A DNA stretch of 64,000 bases. Source: Laetmonice hystrix (taxonomy: Eukaryota). Shown piece after piece: positions 50,001 to 64,000 of this stretch. Positions within the stretch are counted from its first letter, which is position 1, and every line of letters starts with the position of its first letter. The translations under genes were made by a program, and so were the position numbers. Below the pieces are notes generated by a model. That model ran no database searches and had not been told where the DNA came from. It saw nothing but the letters and a program-made list of their open reading frames with translations. The stretch lies in contig OZ249436.1 of assembly GCA_965235115.1 (NCBI GenBank), forward strand, positions 51,896,001 through 51,960,000. The letters are read 5' to 3'.

Positions 50001-53000
50001 CGAAAAAAGGCTACATTTTTGATACGTCCAATCGAAACTGCGCCCCCCATAATTATGATTCTTAGGCCAGATGTATGACTATCAAACGTATAGGTCTCGT
50101 ACGTTCGCTACAGATATATCTGGTTGTGATGTGTAGGCCAATGTACACTTCCCATTTGAGTATCTTTTCCAGATTTTAACATTAGATGCTCCTCGCCTGT
50201 AGTTTTCTTTTTCCACAACCTCACTTTAGTGTTTGCATGGCTACTACGCCAGTCTGTAAGATGTAGGGACTTCTCACTCTACTGGTTGGCCTCCTACACT
50301 GCTTGGCCCCACAGTGTACTGTTTGGCCTAACTGTAGTGTTCGCTTGGCTGTTGGGCCGGCCAGTATACCCTGTAGCGATTCCCCCTGTACTGTTTGGCC
50401 TCCTTGTACCGTTTGCTTGTATACAAGAGTAGCCAGTAGTATAGGGACGCCTCATGTTTCATGTTTCCATGCCTTTATTGTCCAGGAGGCAGGCCATACG
50501 TTTCGTCTATATAATCCACTCCAATCTAATCTGTGTCCCCTACAGACCATCTGTAAGCGTCCGACAACGTTGTCAGGTCGTCCCAATGACTGTTTGCCGT
50601 AAAGGTTTAGTTAACAATGGCAAACGACGTTTTACGCCTATTCTATATCAGATATCCCATCCCCAAGTAACAAACAAACAAAGAAGGATGACACAGAGAT
50701 GTTCCTGGCAGAAAACACCAGGGTGCAGTGAAGGGGCGGCGGCCGCTGCGACTGCACTGCTATACCTTCCGGCTAGCGGTGGAACCACCACCTGGCCGGG
50801 CTGGCAGGCACCTGTGGCTCTGAGGCGAGAGACAGGTTAAAGCAATGGTAAGCGAAAAAAGGCTACATTTTTGACACGTCCAATCGAAACTACGCCCCCC
50901 ATAATTATGATTCTTAGGCCAGATGTATGACTATCAAACGTATAGGTCTCGTACGTTCGCTACAGATATATCTGGTTGTGATGTGTAGGCCAATGTACAC
51001 TTCCCATTTGAGTATCTTTTCCAGATTTTAACATTAGATGCTCCTCGCCTGTAGCTTTCTTTTTCCACAACCTCACTTTAGTGTTTGCATGGCTACTACG
51101 CCAGGCTGTAAGATGTAGGGACTTCTCACTCTACTGGTTGGCCTCCTACACTGCTTGGCCCCACAGTGTACTGTTTGGCCTAACTGTAGTGTTCGCTTGG
51201 CTGTTGGGCCGGCCAGTATACCCTGTAGCGATTCCCCCTGTACTGTTTGGCCTCCCTGTACCGTTTGCTTGTATACAAGAGTAGCCAGTAGTATAGGGAC
51301 GCCTCATGTTTCATGTTTCCATGCCTTTATTGTCCAGGAGGCAGGCCATACGTTTCGTCTATATAATCCACTCCAATCTAATCTGTGTCCCCTACAGACC
51401 ATCTGTAAGCGTCCGACAACGTTGTCAGGTCGTCCCAATGACTGTTTGCCGTAAAGGGTTAGTTAACAATGGCAAACGACGTTTTACGCCTTTTCTATAT
51501 CAGATATCCCATCCCCAAGTAACAAACAAACAAAGAAGGATGACACAGAGATGTTCCTGGCAGAAAACACCAGGGTGCAGTGAAGGGGCGGCGGCCGCTG
51601 CGACTGCACTGCTATACCTTCCGGCTAGCGGTGGAACCACCACCTGGCCGGGCTGGCAGGCACCTGTGGCTCTGAGGCGAGAGACAGGTTAAAGCAATGG
51701 TAAGCGAAAAAAGGCTACATTTTTGATACGTCCAATCGAAACTACGCCCCCATATTTATGATTCTTTGGCCAGATGTATGACTATCAAACGTATAGGTCT
51801 CGTACGTTCGCTACAGATATATCTGGTTGTGATGTGTAGGCCAATGTACACTTCCCATTTGAGTATCTTTTCCAGATTTTAACATTAGATGCTCCTCGCC
51901 TGTAGCTTTCTTTTTCCACAACCTCACTGTAGTGTTTGCATGGCTACTACGCCAGTCTGTAAGATGTAGGGACTTCTCACTCTACCGGTTGGCCTCCTAC
52001 ACTGCTTGGCCCCACAGTGTACTGTTTCGCCTCAGTGTAGTGTTCGCTTGACTGCTAAGCCGGCCAGTATACCCTGTAGCGATTCCCCCTGTACTGTTTG
52101 GCCTCCCTGTACCGTTTGCTTGTATACAAGAGTAGCCAGTAGTATAGGGACGCCTCATGTTTCATGTTTCCATGCCTTTATTGTCCAGGAGGCAGGCCAT
52201 ACGTTTCGTCTATATAATCCACTCCAATCTAATCTGTGTCCCCTACAGACCATCTGTAAGCGTCCGACAACGTTGTCAGGTCGTCCCAATGACTGTTTGC
52301 CGTAAAGGGTTAGTTAACAATGGCAAACGACGTTTTACGCCTTTTCTATATCAGATATCCCATCCCCAAGTAACAAACAAACAAAGAAGGATGACACAGA
52401 GATGTTCCTGGCAGAAAACACCAGGGTGCAGTGAAGGGGCGGCGGCCGCTGCGACTGCACTGCTATACCTTCCGGCTAGCGGTGGAACCACCACCTGGCC
52501 GGGCTGGCAGGCACCTGTGGCTCTGAGGCGAGAGACAGGTTAAAGCAATGGTAAGCGAAAAAAGGCTACATTTTTGATACGTCCAATCGAAACTACGCCC
52601 CCATATTTATGATTCTTTGGCCAGATGTATGACTATCAAACGTATAGGTCTCGTACGTTCGCTACAGATATATCTGGTTGTGATGTGTAGGCCAATGTAC
52701 ACTTCCCATTTGAGTATCTTTTCCAGATTTTAACATTAGATGCTCCTCGCCTGTAGCTTTCTTTTTCCACAACCTCACTGTAGTGTTTGCATGGCTACTA
52801 CGCCAGTCTGTAAGATGTAGGGACTTCTCACTCTACCGGTTGGCCTCCTACACTGCTTGGCCCCACAGTGTACTGTTTCGCCTCAGTGTAGTGTTCGCTT
52901 GACTGCTAAGCCGGCCAGTATACCCTGTAGCGATTCCCCCTGTACTGTTTGGCCTCCCTGTACCGTTTGCTTGTATACAAGAGTAGCCAGTAGTATAGGG

Positions 53001-56000
53001 ACGCCTCATGTTTCATGTTTCCATGCCTTTATTGTCCAGGAGGCAGGCCATACGTTTCGTCTATATAATCCACTCCAATCTAATCTGTGTCCCCTACAGA
53101 CCATCTGTAAGCGTCCGACAACGTTGTCAGGTCGTCCCAATGACTGTTTGCCGTAAAGGTTTAGTTAAACAATGGCAAATGACGTTTTACGCCTTTTCTA
53201 TATCAGATATCCCATCTCCAAGTAACAAACCAACAAAGAAGGATGACACAGAGATGTTCCAGCAGAAAACACCAGGGTGCAGTGAAGGGGCGGCGGCCGC
53301 TGCGACTGCACTGCTACCTTCCGGCTAGCGGTGGAACCACCACCTTGCCGGGCTGGCAGGCACCTGTGGCTCTGAGGCGAGAGACAGGTTAAAGCAATGA
53401 TAAGCGAAAAAAGGCTACATTTTTGATACGTCCAATCGAAACTACGCCCCCCATAATTATGATTCTTAGGCCAGATGTATGACTATCAAACGTATAGGTC
53501 TCGTACGTTCGCTACAGATATATCTGGTTGTGATGTGTAGGCCAATGTACACTTCCCATATTTGAGTATGTTTTCCAGATTTTAATATTAGATGCTCCTC
53601 GCCTGTAGCTTTTTTTCCCCACAACCTTGCTGTAGTGTTTGCATGGCTACTACGCCAGTCTGTAAGATGTAGGGACTTCTCACTGTACTGGTTGGCCTCC
53701 TACACTGCTTGGCCCCACAGTGTACTGTTTGGCCTCACTGTAGTGTTCGCTTGGCTGCTAGGCCGGCCAGTATACCCTGTAGCGATTCCCCCTGTACTGT
53801 TTGGCCTCCCTGTACCGTTTGCTTGTATACAAGAGTAGCCAGTAGTATAGGGACGCCTCATGTTTCATGTTTCCATGCCTTTATTGTCCAGGAGGCAGGC
53901 CATACGTTTCGTCTATATAATCCACTCCAATCTAATCTGTGTCCCCTACAGACCATCTGTAAGCGTCCGACAACGTTGTCAGGTCGTCCCAATGACTGTT
54001 TGCCGTAAAGGTTTAGTTAACAATGGCAAACGACGTTTTACGCCTTTTCTATATCAGATATCCCATCCCCAAGTAACAAACAAACAAAGAAGGATGACAC
54101 AGAGATGTTCCTGGCAGAAAACACCAGGGTGCAGTGAAGGGGCGGCGGCCGCTGCGACTGCACTGCTATACCTTCCAGCTAGCGGTGGAACCACCACCTG
54201 GCCGGGCTGGCAGGCACCTGTGGCTCTGAGGCGAGAGACAGGTTAAAGCAATGGTAAGCGAAAAAAGGCTACATTTTTGATACGTCCAATCGAAACTACG
54301 CCCCCATATTTATGATTCTTTGGCCAGATGTATGACTATCAAACGTATAGGTCTCGTACGTTCGCTACAGATATATCTGGTTGTGATGTGTAGGCCAATG
54401 TACACTTCCCATTTGAGTATCTTTTCCAGATTTTAACATTAGATGCTCCTCGCCTGTAGCTTTCTTTTTCCACAACCTCACTGTAGTGTTTGCATGGCTA
54501 CTACGCCAGTCTGTAAGATGTAGGGACTTCTCACTCTACCGGTTGGCCTCCTACACTGCTTGGCCCCACAGTGTACTGTTTCGCCTCAGTGTAGTGTTCG
54601 CTTGACTGCTAAGCCGGCCAGTATACCCTGTAGCGATTCCCCCTGTACTGTTTGGCCTCCCTGTACCGTTTGCTTGTATACAAGAGTAGCCAGTAGTATA
54701 GGGACGCCTCATGTTTCATGTTTCCATGCCTTTATTGTCCAGGAGGCAAGCCATACGTTTCATCTATATCATCTACTCCAATCTAATCTGTGTCCCCTAC
54801 AGACCATCTGTAAGCGTCCGACAACGTTGTCAGGTCGTCCCAATGACTGTTTGCCGTAAAGGTTTAGTTAAACAATGGCAAATGACGTTTTACGCCTTTT
54901 CTATATCAGATATCCCATCTCCAAGTAACAAACAAACAAAGAAGGATGACACAGAGATGTTCCAGCAGAAAACACCAGGGTGCAGTGAAGGGGCGGCGGC
55001 CGCTGCGACTGCACTGCTACCTTCCGGCTAGCGGTGGAACCACCACCTTGCCGGGCTGGCAGGCACCTGTGGCTCTGAGGCGAGAGACAGGTTAAAGCAA
55101 TGATAAGCGAAAAAAGGCTACATTTTTGATACGTCCAATCGAAACTACGCCCCCCATAATTATGATTCTTAGGCCAGATGTATGACTATCAAACGTATAG
55201 GTCTCGTACGTTCGCTACAGATATATCTGGTTGTGATGTGTAGGCCAATGTACACTTCCCATTTGAGTATCTTTTCCAGATTTTAACATTAGATGCTCCT
55301 CGCCTGTAGCTTTCTTTTTCCACAACCTCACTTTAGTGTTTGCATGGCTACTACGCCAGTCTGTAAGATGTAGGGACTTCTCACTCTACTGGTTGGCCTC
55401 CTACACTGCTTGGCCCCACAGTGTACTGTTTGGCCTAACTGTAGTGTTCGCTTGGCTGTTTGGCCGGCCAGTATACCCTGTAGCGATTCCCCCTGTACTG
55501 TTTGGCCTCCCTGTACCGTTTGCTTGTATACAAGAGTAGCCAGTAGTATAGGGACGCCTCATGTTTCATGTTTCCATGCCTTTATTGTCCAGGAGGCAGG
55601 CCATACGTTTCGTCTATATAATCCACTCCAATCTAATCTGTGTCCCCTACAGACCATCTGTAAGCGTCCGACAACGTTGTCAGGTCGTCCCAATGACTGT
55701 TTGCCGTAAAGGTTTAGTTAAACAATGGCAAATGACGTTTTACGCCTTTTCTATATCAGATATCCCATCTCCAAGTAACAAACAAACAAAGAAGGATGAC
55801 ACAGAGATGTTCCAACAGAAAACACCAGGGTGCAGTGAAGGGGCGGCGGCCGCTGCGACTGCACTGCTACCTTCCGGCTAGCGGTGGAACCACCACCTGG
55901 CCGGGCTGGCAGGCACCTGTGGCTCTGAGGCGAGAGACAGGTTAAAGCAATGGTAAGCGAAAAAAGGCTACATTTTTGACACGTCCAATCGAAACTACGC

Positions 56001-59000
56001 CCCCCATAATTATGATTCTTAGGCCAGATGTATGACTATCAAACGTATAGGTCTCGTACGTTCGCTACAGATATATCTGGTTGTGATGTGTAGGCCAATG
56101 TACACTTCCCATTTGAGTATCTTTTCCAGATTTTAACATTAGATGCTCCTCGCCTGTAGCTTTCTTTTTCCACAACCTCACTTTAGTGTTTGCATGGCTA
56201 CTACGCCAGTCTGTAAGATGTAGGGACTTCTCACTCTACTGGTTGGCCTCCTACACTGCTTGGCCCCACAGTGTACTGTTTGGCCTAACTGTAGTGTTCG
56301 CTTGGCTGTTGGGCCGGCCAGTATACCCTGTAGCGATTCCCCCTGTACTGTTTGGCCTCCCTGTACCGTTTGCTTGTATACAAGAGTAGCCAGTAGTATA
56401 GGGACGCCTCATGTTTCATGTTTCCATGCCTTTATTGTTCAGGAGGCAAGCCATACGTTTCATCTATATCATCTACTCCAATCTAATCTGTGTCCCCTAC
56501 AGACCATCTGTAAGCGTCCGACAACGTTGTCAGGTCGTCCCAATGACTGTTTGGCGTAAAGGTTTAGTTAACAATGGCAAATGACGTTTTACGCCTTTTC
56601 TATATAGGATATCCCATCCCCAAGTAATAAACAAACAAAGAAAGATGACACAGAGATGTTGCAGGCAGAAAACACCAGGGTGCAGTGAAGGGGCGGCGGC
56701 CGCTGCGACTGCACTGCTACCTTCCGGCTAGCGGTGGAACCACCACCTGGCCGGGCTGGCAGGCACCTGTGGCTCTGAGGCGAGAGACAGGTTAAAGCAA
56801 TGGTAAGCGAAAAAAGGCTACATTTTTGACACGTCCAATCGAAACTACGCCCCCCATAATTATGATTCTTAGGCCAGATGTATGACTATCAAACGTATAG
56901 GTCTCGTACGTTCGCTACAGATATATCTGGTTGTGATGTGTAGGCCAATGTACACTTCCCATTTGAGTATCTTTTCCAGATTTTAACATTAGATGCTCCT
57001 CGCCTGTAGCTTTCTTTTTCCACAACCTCACTTTAGTGTTTGCATGGCTACTACGCCAGTCTGTAAGATGTAGGGACTTCTCACTCTACTGGTTGGCCTC
57101 CTACACTGCTTGGCCCCACAGTGTACTGTTTGGCCTAACTGTAGTGTTTGCTTGGCTGCTAAGCCGGCCAGTATACCCTGTAGCGATTCCCCCTGTACTG
57201 TTTGGCCTCCCTGTACCGTTTGCTTGTATACAAGAGTAGCCAGTAGTATAGGGACGCCTCATGTTTCATGTTTCCATGCCTTTATTGTCCAGGAGGCAAG
57301 CCATACGTTTTATCTATATCATCTACTCCAATCTAATCTGTGTCCCCTACAGACCATCTGTAAGCGTCCGACAACGTTGTCAGGTCGTCCCAATGACTGT
57401 TTGCCGTAAAGGGTTAGTTAACAATGGCAAACGACGTTTTACGCCTTTTCTATATCAGATATCCCATCCCCAAGTAACAAACAAACAAAGAAGGATGACA
57501 CAGAGATGTTCCTGGCAGAAAACACCAGGGTGCAGTGAAGGGGCGGCGGCCGCTGCGACTGCACTGCTATACCTTCCGGCTAGCGGTGGAACCACCACCT
57601 GGCCGGGCTGGCAGGCACCTGTGGCTCTGAGGCGAGAGACAGGTTAAAGCAATGGTAAGCGAAAAAAGGCTACATTTTTGATACGTCCAATCGAAACTAC
57701 GCCCCCATATTTATGATTCTTTGGCCAGATGTATGACTATCAAACGTATAGGTCTCGTACGTTCGCTACAGATATATCTGGTTGTGATGTGTAGGCCAAT
57801 GTACACTTCCCATTTGAGTATCTTTTCCAGATTTTAACATTAGATGCTCCTCGCCTGTAGCTTTCTTTTTCCACAACCTCACTGTAGTGTTTGCATGGCT
57901 ACTACGCCAGTCTGTAAGATGTAGGGACTTCTCACTCTACCGGTTGGCCTCCTACACTGCTTGGCCCCACAGTGTACTGTTTCGCCTCAGTGTAGTGTTC
58001 GCTTGACTGCTAAGCCGGCCAGTATACCCTGTAGCGATTCCCCCTGTACTGTTTGGCCTCCCTGTACCGTTTGCTTGTATACAAGAGTAGCCAGTAGTAT
58101 AGGGACGCCTCATGTTTCATGTTTCCATGCCTTTATTGTCCAGGAGGCAGGCCATACGTTTCGTCTATATAATCCACTCCAATCTAATCTGTGTCCCCTA
58201 CAGACCATCTGTAAGCGTCCGACAACGTTGTCAGGTCGTCCCAATGACTGTTTGCCGTAAAGGTTTAGTTAAACAATGGCAAATGACGTTTTACGCCTTT
58301 TCTATATCAGATATCCCATCTCCAAGTAACAAACCAACAAAGAAGGATGACACAGAGATGTTCCTGGCAGAAAACACCAGGGTGCAGTGAAGGGGCGGCG
58401 GCCGCTGCGACTGCACTGCTATACCTTCCGGCTAGCGGTGGAACCACCACCTGGCCGGGCTGGCAGGCACCTGTGGCTCTGAGGCGAGAGACAGGTTAAA
58501 GCAATGGTAAGCGAAAAAAGGCTACATTTTTGATACGTCCAATCGAAACTACGCCCCCATATTTATGATTCTTTGGCCAGATGTATGACTATCAAACGTA
58601 TAGGTCTCGTACGTTCGCTACAGATATATCTGGTTGTGATGTGTAGGCCAATGTACACTTCCCATTTGAGTATCTTTTCCAGATTTTAACATTAGATGCT
58701 CCTCGCCTGTAGCTTTCTTTTTCCACAACCTCACTGTAGTGTTTGCATGGCTACTACGCCAGTCTGTAAGATGTAGGGACTTCTCACTCTACCGGTTGGC
58801 CTCCTACACTGCTTGGCCCCACAGTGTACTGTTTCGCCTCAGTGTAGTGTTTGCTTGGCTGCTAAGCCGGCCAGTATACCCTGTACTGATTCCCCCTGTA
58901 CTGTTTGGCCTCCCTGTACCGTTTGCTTGTATACAAGAGTAGCCAGTAGTATAGGGACGCCTCATGTTTCATGTTTCCATGCCTTTATTGTCCAGGAGGC

Positions 59001-62000
59001 AGGCCATACGTTTCGTCTATATAATCCACTCCAATCTAATCTGTGTCCCCTACAGACCATCTGTAAGCGTCCGACAACGTTGTCAGGTCGTCCCAATGAC
59101 TGTTTGCCGTAAAGGTTTAGTTAAACAATGGCAAATGACGTTTTACGCCTTTTCTATATCAGATATCCCATCTCCAAGTAACAAACAAACAAAGAAGGAT
59201 GACACAGAGATGTTCCAGCAGAAAACACCAGGGTGCAGTGAAGGGGCGGCGGCCGCTGCGACTGCACTGCTACCTTCCGGCTAGCGGTGGAACCACCACC
59301 TGGCCGGGCTGGCAGGCACCTGTGGCTCTGAGGCGAGAGACAGGTTAAAGCAATGGTAAGCGAAAAAAGGCTACATTTTTGACACGTCCAATCGAAACTA
59401 CGCCCCCCATAATTATGATTCTTAGGCCAGATGTATGACTATCAAACGTATAGGTCTCGTACGTTCGCTACAGATATATCTGGTTGTGATGTGTAGGCCA
59501 ATGTACACTTCCCATTTGAGTATCTTTTCCAGATTTTAACATTAGATGCTCCTCGCCTGTAGCTTTCTTTTTCCACAACCTCACTTTAGTGTTTGCATGG
59601 CTACTACGCCAGTCTGTAAGATGTAGGGACTTCTCACTCTACTGGTTGGCCTCCTACACTGCTTGGCCCCACAGTGTACTGTTTGGCCTAACTGTAGTGT
59701 TCGCTTGGCTGTTGGGCCGGCCAGTATACCCTGTAGCGATTCCCCCTGTACTGTTTGGCCTCCCTGTACCGTTTGCTTGTATACAAGAGTAGCCAGTAGT
59801 ATAGGGACGCCTCATGTTTCATGTTTCCATGCCTTTATTGTCCAGGAGGCAGGCCATACGTTTCGTCTATATAATCCACTCCAATCTAATCTGTGTCCCC
59901 TACAGACCATCTGTAAGCGTCCGACAACGTTGTCAGGTCGTCCCAATGACTGTTTGCCGTAAAGGTTTAGTTAAACAATGGCAAATGACGTTTTACGCCT
60001 TTTCTATATCAGATATCCCATCTCCAAGTAACAAACAAACAAAGAAGGATGACACAGAGATGTTCCAGGCAGAAAACACCAGGGTGCAGTGAAGGGGCGG
60101 CGGCCGCTGCGACTGCACTGCTACCTTCCGGCTAGCGGTGGAACCACCACCTTGCCGGGCTGGCAGGCACCTGTGGCTCTGAGGCGAGAGACAGGTTAAA
60201 GCAATGATAAGCGAAAAAAGGCTACATTTTTGATACGTCCAATCGAAACTACGCCCCCCATAATTATGATTCTTAGGCCAGATGTATGACTATCAAACGT
60301 ATAGGTCTCGTACGTTCGCTACAGATATATCTGGTTGTGATGTGTAGGCCAATGTACACTTCCCATTTGAGTATCTTTTCCAGATTTTAACATTAGATGC
60401 TCCTCGCCTGTAGCTTTCATTTTCCACAACCTCACTGTAGTGTTTGCATGGCTACTACGCCAGTCTGTAAGATGTAGGGACTTCTCACTCTACTGGTTGG
60501 CCTCCTACACTGCTTGGCCCCACAGTGTACTGTTTGGCCTAACTGTAGTGTTCGCTTGGCTGTTGGGCCGGCCAGTATACCCTGTAGCGATTCCCCCTGT
60601 ACTGTTTGGCCTCCCTGTACCGTTTGCTTGTATACAAGAGTAGCCAGTAGTATAGGGACGCCTCATGTTTCATGTTTCCATGACTTTATTGTCCAGGAGG
60701 CAGGCCATACGTTTCGTCTATATCATCTACTCCAATCTAATCTGTGTCCCCTACAGACCATCTGTAAGCGTCCGACAACGTTGTCAGGTCGTCCCAATGA
60801 CTGTTTGCCGTAAAGGGTTAGTTAACAATGGCAAATGACGTTTTACGCTTTTTCTATATCAGATATCCCATCTCCAAGTAACAAACAAACAAAGAAGGAT
60901 GACACAGAGATGTTCCAGCAGAAAACACCAGGGTGCAGTGAAGGGGCGGCGGCCCCTGCGACTGCACTGCTATACCTTCCGGCTAGCGGTGGAACCACCA
61001 CCTGGCCGGGCTGGCAGGCACCTGTGGCTCTGAGGCGAGAGACAGGTTAAAGCAATGGTAAGCGAAAAAAGGCTACATTTTTGATACGTCCAATCGAAAC
61101 TACGCCCCCATATTTATGATTCTTTGGCCAGATGTATGACTATCAAACGTATAGGTCTCGTACGTTCGCTACAGATATATCTGGTTGTGATGTGTAGGCC
61201 AATGTACACTTCCCATTTGAGTATCTTTTCCAGATTTTAACATTAGATGCTCCTCGCCTGTAGCTTTCTTTTTCCACAACCTCACTGTAGTGTTTGCATG
61301 GCTACTACGCCAGTCTGTAAGATGTAGGGACTTCTCACTCTACCGGTTGGCCTCCTACACTGCTTGGCCCCACAGTGTACTGTTTCGCCTCAGTGTAGTG
61401 TTTGCTTGGCTGCTAAGCCGGCCAGTATACCCTGTACCGATTCCCCCTGTACTGTTTGGCCTCCCTGTACCGTTTGCTTGTATACAAGAGTAGCCAGTAG
61501 TATAGGGACGCCTCATGTTTCATGTTTCCATGCCTTTATTGTCCAGGAGGCAAGCCATACGTTTCATCTATATCATCTACTCCAATCTAATCTGTGTCCC
61601 CTACAGACCATCTGTAAGCGTCCGACAACGTTGTCAGGTCGTCCCAATGACTGTTTGCCGTAAAGGTTTAGTTAAACAATGGCAAATGACGTTTTACGCC
61701 TTTTCTATATCAGATATCCCATCTCCAAGTAACAAACAAACAAAGAAGGATGACACAGAGATGTTCCAGGCAGAAAACACCAGGGTGCAGTGAAGGGGCG
61801 GCGGCCGCTGCGACTGCACTGCTACCTTCCGGCTAGCGGTGGAACCACCACCTTGCCGGGCTGGCAGGCACCTGTGGCTCTGAGGCGAGAGACAGGTTAA
61901 AGCAATGATAAGCGAAAAAAGGCTACATTTTTGATACGTCCAATCGAAACTACGCCCCCCATAATTATGATTCTTAGGCCAGATGTATGACTATCAAACG

Positions 62001-64000
62001 TATAGGTCTCGTACGTTCGCTACAGATATATCTGGTTGTGATGTGTAGGCCAATGTACACTTCCCATTTGAGTATCTTTTCCAGATTTTAACATTAGATG
62101 CTCCTCGCCTGTAGCTTTCTTTTTCCACAACCTCACTTTAGTGTTTGCATGGCTACTACGCCAGTCTGTAAGATGTAGGGACTTCTCACTCTACTGGTTG
62201 GCCTCCTACACTGCTTGGCCCCACAGTGTACTGTTTCGCCTAACTGTAGTGTTCGCTTGGCTGTTGGGCCGGCCAGTATACCCTGTAGCGATTCCCCCTG
62301 TACTGTTTGGCCTCCCTGTACCGTTTGCTTGTATACAAGAGTAGCCAGTAGTATAGGGACGCCTCATGTTTCATGTTTCCATGCCTTTATTGTCCAGGAG
62401 GCAGGCCATACGTTTCGTCTATATAATCCACTCCAATCTAATCTGTGTCCCCTACAGACCATCTGTAAGCGTCCGACAACGTTGTCAGGTCGTCCCAATA
62501 ACTGTTTGCCGTAAAGGTTTAGTTAAACAATGGCAAATGACGTTTTACGCCTTTTCTATATGAGATATCCCATCACCAAGTAACAAACAAACAAAGAAGG
62601 ATGACACAGAGATGTTCCAGCAGAAAACACCAGGGTGCAGTGAAGGGGCGGCGGCCGCTGCGACTGCACTGCTACCTTCTGGCTAGCGGTGGAACCACCA
62701 CCTTGCCGGGCTGGCAGGCACCTGTGGCTCTGAGGCGAGAGACAGGTTAAAGCAATGATAAGCGAAAAAAGGCTACATTTTTGATACGTCCAATCGAAAC
62801 TACGCCCCCCATAATTATGATTCTTAGGCCAGATGTATGACTATCAAACGTATAGGTCTCGTACGTTCGCTACAGATATATCTGGTTGTGATGTGTAGGC
62901 CAATGTACACTTCCCATATTTGAGTATCTTTTCCAGATTTTAACATTAGATGCTCCTCGCCTGTAGCTTTTTTTTCCCACAACCTTACTGTAGTGTTTGC
63001 ATGGCTACTACGCCAGTCTGTAAGATGTAGGGACTTCTCACTGTACTGGTTGGCCTCCTACACTGCTTGGCCCCACAGTGTACTGTTTGGCCTCACTGTA
63101 GTGTTCGCTCGGCTGCTAGGCCGGCCAGTATACCCTGTAGCGATTCCCCCTGTACTGTTTGGCCTCCCTGTACCGTTTGCTTGTATACAAGAGTAGCCAG
63201 TAGTATAGGGACGCCTCATGTTTCATGTTTCCATGACTTTATTGTCCAGGAGGCAGGCCATACGTTTCGTCTATATCATCTACTCCAATCTAATCTGTGT
63301 CCCCTACAGACCATCTGTAAGCGTCCGACAACGTTGTCAGGTCGTCCCAATGACTGTTTGCCGTAAAGGGTTAGTTAACAATGGCAAATGACGTTTTACG
63401 CTTTTTCTATATCAGATATCCCATCTCCAAGTAACAAACAAACAAAGAAGGATGACACAGAGATGTTCCAGCAGAAAACACCAGGGTGCAGTGAAGGGGC
63501 GGCGGCCGCTGCGACTGCACTGCTATACCTTCCGGCTAGCGGTGGAACCACCACCTGGCCGGGCTGGCAGGCACCTGTGGCTCTGAGGCGAGAGACAGGT
63601 TAAAGCAATGGTAAGCGAAAAAAGGCTACATTTTTGATACGTCCAATCGAAACTACGCCCCCATATTTATGATTCTTTGGCCAGATGTATGACTATCAAA
63701 CGTATAGGTCTCGTACGTTCGCTACAGATATATCTGGTTGTGATGTGTAGGCCAATGTACACTTCCCATTTGAGTATCTTTTCCAGATTTTAACATTAGA
63801 TGCTCCTCGCCTGTAGCTTTCTTTTTCCACAACCTCACTGTAGTGTTTGCATGGCTACTACGCCAGTCTGTAAGATGTAGGGACTTCTCACTCTACCGGT
63901 TGGCCTCCTACACTGCTTGGCCCCACAGTGTACTGTTTCGCCTCAGTGTAGTGTTTGCTTGGCTGCTAAGCCGGCCAGTATACCCTGTACCGATTCCCCC
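35028..64000. repeat. About 851-bp macrosatellite, about 34 head-to-tail copies, runs off the window end
   Basis: ACAATGGCAAA(T/C)GACGTTTTACGCC recurs every 850-852 bp; the ORF track repeats with the same period; nearly every monomer has a GCGGCCGC (NotI) site; the first monomer is visibly more diverged. Confidence 0.98.
38851..39120 (-). mobile_element. 270-bp non-LTR retrotransposon 3' fragment inserted in satellite monomer 5
   Basis: Poly-T at 38851 with TTTATT (minus-strand AATAAA plus polyA); AACATT TSD at 38845-38850 and 39121-39126. Confidence 0.85.

Noticed and set aside
35491..63603. Dozens of repeated 60-128 aa ORFs (MFAWLLRQ..., MAPQCTV..., MFHVSMP...)
   Set aside because: Overlapping frames of a satellite, often with GTG/TTG starts, and 1-2 bp indel variants between monomers that shift frames; no recognisable domain.
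35028..64000. 5S rRNA, histone, U-snRNA or ribozyme (hammerhead/HDV) tandem cluster
   Set aside because: No 5S or U1/U2 sequence recognised, no histone ORF, no CTGANGA core found on either strand, and CTCCTCGC lacks the HDV P3 pairing.

Overview
Eukaryotic (invertebrate animal) genomic DNA; no bacterial operons, CRISPR arrays or rRNA. From left to right: a palindromic MITE; 30-bp and 52-bp minisatellites (about 1.4-3.7 kb); a promoter region with clustered kappa-B sites; a 19-coding-exon NF-kappaB p105/p100/Relish-class gene (7790-19879, about 1326 aa: RHD, IPT, NLS, 18x Ser-Pro/Gln repeat, internal DSGFQS degron, ankyrins, death domain, C-terminal DSAIGSLS); a 4-exon ApoD-like lipocalin (22241-24212); nested MITEs; a pol-less Ty3/gypsy-type LTR element with an F-type env remnant (25896-31227, minus strand, apparently identical 457-bp LTRs, ACCT TSD, tRNA-Trp PBS) whose gag is split by a 2-kb hairpin-rich insertion; interspersed repeats with a LINE fragment and a captured copy of a lipocalin exon junction; and a homogeneous about 851-bp satellite array (about 34 copies) from about 35030 to the window end. 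All exon boundaries and alignments were read by eye.
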